From a virus, in IMG/VR virus record IMGVR_UViG_3300033990_000306, positions 24,475 to 88,474 of that record: DNA of 64,000 nt. One strand, 5' to 3'. The position numbers and the translations under genes are program-made. Shown here piece by piece: positions 55,827 to 64,000 of this stretch (the first letter of the stretch is position 1; each line of letters begins with the position of its first letter). The notes under the pieces are model-generated. The model was not told the DNA's origin and ran no database searches. It saw only the letters and a program-made list of their open reading frames with translations.

Positions 55827-58800
55827 AGCCTAATAATTTAAGCGAAGAGCAAATAAAGAAAGCTGAGCAAAATTCCTCTTCATATTTGTTTGACTTGGCA
55901 GTTTTAATGCAGAATAAATTATATGTGCATCGTTATTATGTTACTTTTTTCGTTAATAGTTCTAGTTTTATAACCTTTAAATGCAAGGACAAGGACGGTA
56001 GAGCATTTCTTAATATATTACAAAATAAGTTGGACGATTATAGAGCTAAGTATGAAATAACATATTTCTATTATAATGAAGACAGGTTTGTTGTTAATGT
56101 TAAATTTGAAATATTAGAGAGATTTATGGAGGAAGTTAAATGAAGCCCAACAATTTAAGCAAAGCTCAAATAAAAGAGGCTGAGCGAAATTCAGCTTCAT
56201 ATTTGCTGGGCTTAGGGTTTAGAATACGAGACTGGTTATACGCAGAGCGTTATATTACTACTTTCTATGTTAATAGTGCTGACTTTATAACATTTAAATG
56301 GACAGATATGTCTATAGAATTTATTAAGGTGTTACAAAAAGTATTGGATAGAGAACGTATTAAATGCGAAATAGTATACTACTACATTAATAATGGGGCA
56401 TCATATGTTAATATTAAGTTTGACGTATTAGAATCCTTTATCGAGAGGGTGAAGGTATGAAAGAGAGTTTAGAAGTAAGTTCTGAGGAGAGAAATAATTA
56501 TTATAAAGTTCAGGAGGAGTTAAGGAGAAATATTAGCAAGAACTCTAATTTATATGTTTGTGACGTATATTCAAATGGCTTTCCTTTTATTACCGCAGCA
56601 ATGTCTATTCATAGTAAGTATATTGATGAGGTAAGGGAAATTATATTGAGTAGAAAAGACATATTTGAAATTACGTATGAGTATACATTTTTAGCTGGTT
56701 ATTATTTTAATGTCTTAGTCAAGGTGAAAGTATGAAAGAGAGTTTTGAAATAAATTACGAGGAGGTAGGTAATTATTTTCGCTTTGAGCAGGAGTTAGAG
56801 TCTGATATTATTGAGAGAACTAGTTCAGGCATTTGTAAGGTATATTCAAATGAATTTCCTTTTATAAACGTAACAGTATCTATTTACAGTAATTATTATA
56901 GTGAGTATATTAATGACATAAGAAAAGTAATATTAAGTAATCAGAGTATCTTTGAAATTACATACGAGTATACTTTTTTAGACAACTATTATTTTAATGT
57001 GTTAGTCAAGGTGAGCATATGAAAGAGATAAATAATAGGGCAATTCTTGAGAATGAGCTTAAAGAGTATAATACTATTTACTTAGAGTTAATTAATGCCA
57101 TTTCCCGAAATAATTATTCGAGTGACTGTTGGGTTCTTTTTAATGAATTTCCATTTATTAATGTTATTACAACTGTAGCTAATATGTACTTTAATGAAAA
57201 CATAAGAGTAATTATATTGAGAACAAAGGGAGTTTCTGGAATAACGTATGAGTATACAGCTAAAGGATTTCATTATTTTAACATTTTAGTCAAGGTGAGC
57301 ATATGAAAGAGAGAAAGAATTGGGCAATTACTGGTAATGAAGTTAGAGAGTATAATTATGTTCACCAAGAGTTAATGCGTAATCTTACTCGAAATAATTA
57401 TTCGACTGAGTCTTGGGTATTTTTAACTGAATATCCTTTTATTAATGTTGTTGCAACTACTGTTAATATGCACTTTAATGAAGACATAAGAAAAGTTATA
57501 TTGAGAACAGATAAAGTTTCTAGAATAACATATGAGTATTCAATTAAGGGACTTTATTATTTTAAGGTTTTAATTAAGGTGAACATATGAAAGAAACTTC
57601 AAGAATAACTAAAGAGTGGGTAACTAAATATAACTTAATTCAACGGAAAATAGAAAGTATTATTGTTAGTAAGGCTTACGCATTTAAGTGTTGGACAAGT
57701 CAAAAAGAATTTCCTTTTGTAGAAGTTATAATGAGTAATTGTAATTTCTTTTGTGATGAGATAAGAGATTTTATATTGGCAGTAGATAAAGACGTTAGTA
57801 TAACTTATGAGTATGAAATTTGGAATGAATATCATCTTAATATTCTGGTGAAAATATGAAAGAAAATTTGGAAGCAACTATTGGGTGGATAAATAAGTAT
57901 CAGTCTCTTCAACTGAAGTTAAATGATATTATTGCTAGTAAAGCTTATAGAATTGATTGTTATGTAATAGCAAATGGATTTCCTTTTATGAATGTTGTAG
58001 TAGATGAGTGGAGTTCATATTATTATGAGATAAGAAATATTATATTGGCACTAAATAAAGACGTTAGTATAACATATGAGTATATAGTTGAACATAAGTC
58101 TTATCTTAATGTTTTGGTGAGAATGTAGAGAAGGGTATAATATGGAAGAAAGAAAATATTGGAGTTTAAGTAGCGTTGAGTTAAGAAAGTGGGAGTTCTT
58201 TGAGAATTATTTAGACAAAACTTTTGCTAGTAATCCTTATTACTTCTTCTATAAGGTGGAAAAGAGGGATTATCCTTTTCTTACAGTTTTTATATTTATA
58301 GACCATAATAAAACAGTTGACATTGATTTAGCTAGAAGACTTATTTCGTTACCAAGTGATTACTTTAGTATAGTAAATGAGTACTATTTGAAAGATTATT
58401 ATTATTTTAGTGTTCTTGCTAAAATATAATTTTAGGTAGGAGTGTAATTAATATGAATGCTAAAACTGCGTATGAGTCTTCGCTGGCTGTTAATTATTGG
58501 GAAAATTATTTAGTTCCTATTCTTTATGGTAACTTGGTACATAGGTTGGAAGACAATGGTATTGAGAGAGAATATATTTATACAGAAGTATATTCTTTTT
58601 TTCAGGTAGCACTTAGAAATTGTGACTTTATAAAAGTAAGAGAATTAATAATGGAATTGGACTATAGCCCTAAAATAGTTAATGAATTTGAGGTTAGAGA
58701 GTATCACTATATTCACGTGTTATTTAATATAGAGTAAGGAGTAATATGAGAAATAGAACAGACTACGAAACTGAGTATATTAATCATAAGTGGGTAGTAG

Positions 58801-59645
58801 CTTTAGATATTTTTTATTTGCAATTTTTGAAAAAGTTAAAAAATAATGATATTGCTGTAAGTAGGATTAACACAAAGGAGTATTCATTTATGACAGTTAA
58901 AGTTAATAGTAAATCTCCTTATATTGACGAAATAATAGATTTGATAATGGAGTTAAGTTATGAGCCTAAAATAGTTGCTGAATATAGACTTAGAGAGTAT
59001 TATTATATTAACGTTCGTTTTAATATAGAGAGTTGAGAAAAATGATGAAAGTTGAAACTGATGCAGAAGCAGAATACAACGTTAAGTGGTGGAAAACTTT
59101 AGCTAAGAGTCTTAGAATTACTATAAATTATAAGTTAAATAATAGAAAAATTTTGAGCATTATTAGAATATATAGCAGTGGATTTTGTTTCTTTACTATT
59201 CAATTTTATGATAAGAAGTATTTTGATGGCATATTACAGGTTATAAGTGAATTATCGTTTGAGCCTAAAGTTACTTTGATATATGAGCGGATGGGGTTTT
59301 ATTATATTAATTTTAGGTTTAAAATATAGGGGTGAAATTATGAAAGAGCATAAAACTCTGGAAGAAATAAGGGAGTACAAAGATAAGAATTATAAAACTT
59401 TAGTTTTAGCTAGGGGTTCGATGGAAGGGGATAATCATTTGTTTTTTCCTTTTGCTTTTACAATATTTATTAGTAATTATCAATTCTTGACTATTATAGT
59501 AACTACTTCTGTCAGGGACGTTGATAAGTATATATTAAACCCACTAAAGGCTTTGTTGAGAAATGAGTTTTCAAATACTTTAAGAATAATTTATGTATAT
59601 AAGTTAAGAGATTGTTATAGAATAAATATAGGTATTAATGAGTGA
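55823..59645 (+). repeat. tandem array of 13 paralogous ~90-106 aa genes (55823, 56140, 56457, 56732, 57019, 57303, 57587, 57856, 58142, 58453, 58746, 59033, 59340)
   Basis: Shared (F/Y)(P/S)F(I/L/M).V core, I...I...I.(Y/N)EY and YY.N(V/I) C-terminus; ATGA-coupled junctions such as TTAGTCAAGGTGA-N3-TATGAAAGAGA. Confidence 0.85.
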
Positions 59646-59894
59646 GGTGAAATAATGACAACAAAAAATGTAGTGGTTAAATTTTGGGAGGAAGGGTTAG
59701 AAGGTAAACTTGGGTTAGTAGTAGAGTATGATGATGATGAAGAAGAAGCAGAGATAATACATACGTTGACGGAAATTAGTAAGTTATTCTTTAGCAATTT
59801 CATAGTTGTATTTGAGGACTTTTCAGAACCTAAAGAAAATCTTTAAATATTTTATAATAATTATGATTTAACCAGAATTAAAACTATATGGGAG

Positions 59895-60392
59895 TTGGTG
59901 AATATGGGACTTAGTATGACTTTGAGTAGAGTTTGGTATTTCTATAGTCCAGAATTGAAAAAAGAACTTGAAGAGATAGTTAGAAAAACACTTAAAGAAA
60001 AGGTGAGTAAAGAGTTTAATTTCAGGAATTTGTCAACCGTGGTGGAAGACGTAATATATTGGAATAAAGCTAATATGATTCACCATTGGTTTGTAGAAAA
60101 CATTCAAAGAGGAGTAGATGATTGTGGGACTTATGAAGTTTCTTTTGAAACTCTTAAAAATATTAAGTCAATAATTGAAGAGGTATTGAAAGACCATACT
60201 AAGGCTAAAGTTATGTTGCCTACAATGGATGGGTTTTATTTTGGGTCTGTGGAGTATGACGATTATTATTTCGAAGAGTTGGAGTATACTTCAAAAGAGT
60301 TGGAGAAAATAATAAAGGAAGAGGAAGAAATTAGATTTGCCGTAAATGCAACAGGTATAACAATGTATTATGAGTATAGGTCTTCGTGGTGA
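59895..60392 (+). CDS. conserved phage hypothetical protein (MGL...YW.KAN.IH.WF family)
   Basis: YWNKANMIHHWFV..Q.G.DDC, LPT..GFYFGS.EYD.YY, YEYRSSW; real start probably ATG 59904. Confidence 0.7.
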   Translation: MVNMGLSMTLSRVWYFYSPELKKELEEIVRKTLKEKVSKEFNFRNLSTVVEDVIYWNKANMIHHWFVENIQRGVDDCGTYEVSFETLKNIKSIIEEVLKDHTKAKVMLPTMDGFYFGSVEYDDYYFEELEYTSKELEKIIKEEEEIRFAVNATGITMYYEYRSSW

Positions 60393-60820
60393 TAAAAATG
60401 AAAACGTGTGAAGTTTGTGAAGGGAAAGGTATAATAATTGCCGAAGAAAGAACCACTTGCCCGACTTGTAAGGGGAGTGGAATGGTGGACGATACAGAGG
60501 AGAAGAAAAGGCAGTTGCTTAGAGAGGTTATGGAAAGTTACCCAGAAGCTTCTTCTCCAAGTTTACTCTGTGTTAAATGGGACTACAAGAATATGGTATT
60601 TAAATTTGAAGAATATTTTGAAGAGTCTTATGGGGCATATTATACAGTAACAGAAGACGACTTGCTGAAAGGGCTTGACAAATTTTTAGCAATATGTAAT
60701 GCTGGAAATTACCATAATAATAGTTTTCCAAACGGGTATGAGGATGCAGGAAATTGGGACGCTATAGACGTAGATGCTTTAGTTCAATGTACAATTTTTG
60801 GGGAGATAATATATGGTTAA
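60386..60820 (+). CDS. protein with N-terminal DnaJ-type CxxCxGxG zinc finger
   Basis: CEVCEGKG and CPTCKGSG; C-terminal DA.DVDALVQ..IFGEIIYG. Confidence 0.65.
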   Translation: MVIKMKTCEVCEGKGIIIAEERTTCPTCKGSGMVDDTEEKKRQLLREVMESYPEASSPSLLCVKWDYKNMVFKFEEYFEESYGAYYTVTEDDLLKGLDKFLAICNAGNYHNNSFPNGYEDAGNWDAIDVDALVQCTIFGEIIYG

Positions 60821-61079
60821 TTTATTTGCTGAAGCTAGGCAGATTCTGGAAGGGCATATTAGTGATAGAGATATTGGTAAAGAAAGGTCTATGAAAAAAA
60901 TAGTTGAAGTTTTTAATACTTTGACTGGTCAAAATTTGACAGAACACGATGGAGATATTTTTATGGTTTGCTTAAAGCTAGTAAGAATGCAAAGGGCTTT
61001 TAAGGTTAGGGATAATTATGTTGACGCTTTAAATTATATAGCTATGGCATATGAATCGTTGGGAGTTGAAAATGATTAA
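60813..61079 (+). CDS. DUF6378-like helical phage protein
   Basis: EA..I..G..., I..VFN..TG..LT..D...FM..LKLVR....DNYVD...Y.A. Confidence 0.65.
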   Translation: MVNLFAEARQILEGHISDRDIGKERSMKKIVEVFNTLTGQNLTEHDGDIFMVCLKLVRMQRAFKVRDNYVDALNYIAMAYESLGVEND

Positions 61080-63414
61080 TTGTTTTTCTGTAGTGTTTGG
61101 TAAGAGTACTTGGAAAATATTAACAGTTGAAGTATTGCTTGTACTCACAATTATAAGTATTGAAGTGTTTGGAGGTACACAATATTATTATTTGCCATTA
61201 GTTTTAAACGTGCTATTGGTGTTGTTGCTTATATATTCTTTAATTGTAGTATTACTTCTTGTTACTTTGTGTAATGATTATGATTTATTGACTGGAGAGG
61301 ATGAGTAAATGAGTGGTATAAAAGCATATAATTATGTGGAGAAGTGTAGTAGTTGCGGGAGAAAAATGTTAGTTAGTGTATTCCAATTTGGGGTAAGTCA
61401 CGTGGGAGGAATTTCAGTTTTATGTCCTGACTGTACTGCGAAAGTAAATTGGGAAGAGGGTTATTTTAAAGAGCATCCCGAAGAAGTAGAGAGAATAAAA
61501 GAAGAGTTAAAGGAGGATGACTAAGTGAGTACTGCAAAGAATATACAGATAATGGAAAGAAAGCGAGGGAAATGGTATTGCTATTTTTGTGGTGAAGAAA
61601 TAACTTCTCTTGACAGGAAGCACTATGAAAAGTGTGAGTTAGATGATGTTGATATTACAGAAGGAGAACACGAAAGTGTAGAAATAGTATCGTTTAAGTT
61701 TAGGTGGAAAAATAAAAAGGAGGGAAAATAAATGGAGAAAGTTAATGTGAACGAAATGTTAGACAAAGCATTTGAGGAGAATTGGGAAGAGTTGAAGAAC
61801 GAGAGAAAAGATAGTTACGTTGTTGTAAGTAAAAATCTGGAAGAGGAAGCTTATATTTTATTTACAGCCGGATATATGAGTTGCTATAATGACTTTGTGA
61901 AGAAAGGTAAAGAAGAGGTTGAAGAGAGCGGAGAAAAATATTTGCAAGTAGAAAATTATATTGAGAATGAAGAAAACAGTATAGAGGTGGATGATTTTCT
62001 TGGAGGTCGTAGAGTTAAGACTAGGTACAAGTTAAGGGAGTGGGAAGAAATGAATAAAGGAGAACTAGTTTATGAGTTTAAAAGGTGGGCAGATAATTAC
62101 AGAATAAAGCCAGAGCAGGAGGACATAGAAGTAATAGAGGCTCTTCCAGAAGATAACTATATGTATATTATTAGTACAGAAGATGAAGAGTGGAGTCGAT
62201 TTATTTATGAGGGAGGGGCTCAGAGTAATAGACATTCCAAGTTTATGAATTTTGTTTATATGTCTAAAACTTTTTATGTGGACAGGAGTTTGGGCGAAGA
62301 CATAAAAATAAGATTTGTGATATTTGGAGAGAAGGGGGTGAGAGTTTGAAAATAATGATTGCAGATAAAAATATAGGTAAGTGTGAGGCGTGTGGTCTTT
62401 CAATTATTGAGGGAGATAATTATGTTCGTTATGCCAAAACAGAAGATGTAATAAAAAAGGGCAGAACAACGAAACTTATGCAGGGCAAAGAGTCTTTTAA
62501 TCTTCATAAGGTTTGTGCAGATATGGTTAGAAATAGGGATGAAATTGATGATGAGCCTAAAGACATAATACTTGAGTGGGTAGGACTTATTTGGAATACA
62601 AGTTTGCCCGGTAAAACTTTGGAGGAAGTTATTAGTGTAGTTCCAGAAATGGATGATATTTTTATAGAGAAACGTCAGAAGATTATTAAAAGGTGGAGAG
62701 AATTTTACTTAGAAAGAGTAAAGAAAGAAAGAATGGAAGGGAGAGATTTTAGTGCTGAAACTTTGGGTCCTGTATGGTAAAAATTTTAATCATAGGTGGG
62801 TTATAAAAACATTTAGGTCAAAAGAGTCGGCTATTGATGCTTGGAAAGGGGAGAGAGAAACAATGAAAACTAGTAGAAGAGGTTGGTGGGTTGACCAAGA
62901 CATTGATAAGGCAATTCAGGAAATTGAAGTAGAGGAGAGAGGTGATTAAATGGTGTTTAGTTTTCCACAAAGATTTACTCAAGTTAATGAGTGGTTTTTG
63001 TATGATGGTACTTACTGGATGAATGATGTTACGTTTGAAGGAAGATGTGGAGGTCCAGATGGTCATTTGACTAAATTTATAAGTGATGAAGAATTTAAGT
63101 TGAAGGCGAAGGAATTTGAAAAGTGGTTTAAAGAGCATCCTCATTCTTTTATGTTTAAAGTAATGACTGAGAAGACTGAAAATGAATGGGGATGTTTTGC
63201 CGAAGGACAAGAGTGGGTGGGGTAAATGATACCTGTGTATATTGTTGAGGAAAACGTTAATGGTCAATGGAGACCAAGAGTTGTTTATTCAGAGAGAGAC
63301 TTAGCAGAATTATGGGTTAAGAGAGTTTGTCCTCTTGAGTTAAAGGATGAAAATAAATTTATTATTGAGGTCGTAGATGGAGTTGGATTAAAGTGGGCAA
63401 GAGAGTGTGATTGA
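61072..63414 (+). other. run of small coupled hypothetical genes (membrane protein, CxxC zinc ribbons at 61309, 61525, 62346, and others)
   Basis: Back-to-back + strand ORFs, each with a GGAG/GGTG RBS; no function recognised. Confidence 0.5.
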
Positions 63415-64000
63415 AATGAATATAGAAGAAAGTAATTATAGATGTTTTATGAGAGGGTCTGGAGATTGCAAGGGAGAAGTTAGAAGGTTTCAAGTTGGAA
63501 CGGACTTCATTGATATTTGCGTTAGGCATTGCGTTCTGTTGAAGGAAACACTTACTGAGGAGGGATTTTAATGCCAATGTGTTGGTTGGTGAGTCAATTA
63601 GTACCTAGTTCAGTTGAGACTGGAGTACCATTTTATGAACCTTTAATGGTCTTTCACTTTAATTCTATGGCAAAGGACTGGATTAAAGAGCGAGAGAATG
63701 AAGGACATTTTTATCTTCGTGAAATTTTATGTGAGGGGTTTTAAATGAATAAGTTTATTTTTGTTTATAAACCTGATGAAAGAAGAGAGAAATGGTATTT
63801 GACGTTTACTTTAAGTGGTTCTAATTTTTATATTCTGTTGAGTAAGTCAGATATGAAGAAATTGTCAAAGGAAATTAAGAGGGTGGGGTTTTAATGAGAA
63901 TAGAAGTATGTGAAGCCTGTGGGAATGGAATTAACATTAAACGAGGATACTTTGTACGAGTGTATGAAGAGTTTCCAGAAAAGCACGTCTATCATCTTTT

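Noticed and set aside
56440-57870. Regularly spaced ~30 bp junction repeats as a CRISPR or attC-like array
   Set aside because: Spacing is ~270-290 bp, the repeats are degenerate, non-palindromic and coding (C-terminus, SD and next start codon), so tandem gene duplication explains them.
60813-61079. MVNLFAEARQIL as another member of the shared N-terminal tag
   Set aside because: This helix is the normal N-terminus of the DUF6378-like family and lacks the downstream K/P linker.
248-63577. All minus-strand ORFs and short + strand ORFs nested in other frames (e.g. 10480, 11443, 48491, 60438)
   Set aside because: They lie antisense to, or inside, well-supported genes, lack RBS and motifs, and show the S/L/F/I-rich composition expected of shadow frames.
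1-64000. tRNA genes, integrase, portal protein
   Set aside because: No cloverleaf with T-loop consensus, tyrosine/serine recombinase motif or portal-like ORF was recognised by eye; they may lie outside the window or have been missed.

Overview
A 64 kb internal segment of an AT-rich archaeal head-tail virus (Caudoviricetes, siphovirus-like). All credible genes lie on the + strand, with archaeal TATA boxes and GGTGA/GGAGG ribosome-binding sites. Order: tail/neck accessory proteins (1-6 kb); HK97 prohead protease, scaffold and major capsid protein (7-11.6 kb); class II ribonucleotide reductase and AdoMet decarboxylase inserted among structural genes; tail tube, frameshifted chaperone, short tape measure and Ig-like adhesin/hub (16-23.7 kb); archaeal-type replication/recombination module (RadA-like, PriS-PriL primase, PolB, RPA-like, Cas4-like, XPF/Hef; 24-30.5 kb); a 7-deazaguanine DNA-modification cluster (QueE, FolE, glycosyltransferase, DpdL-like, DpdA-like fusion) abutting the terminase large subunit, with QueD 18-20 kb away; then an accessory/early region from about 38.5 kb. 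That region holds repeated promoter-like elements, a roughly 290 nt heavily pseudoknotted ncRNA candidate, a canonical hammerhead ribozyme directly upstream of a degenerate AcrIII-1 (DUF1874) homologue, triplicated paralogues, a MoxR AAA/vWA pair, radical SAM, RNA ligase and a 13-gene tandem paralogue array. Other notable signals: a likely -1 slippage fusing an ADP-ribosyltransferase-like domain to the prohead protease, a shared N-terminal tag on unrelated proteins, STT enrichment in virion proteins, and strong avoidance of CCWGG/CATG/GATC. No portal gene was recognised, so the genome extends beyond the window. An acidophilic Thermoplasmata- or DPANN-type host is inferred, not shown. All protein calls come from motif recognition by eye; no searches were run.
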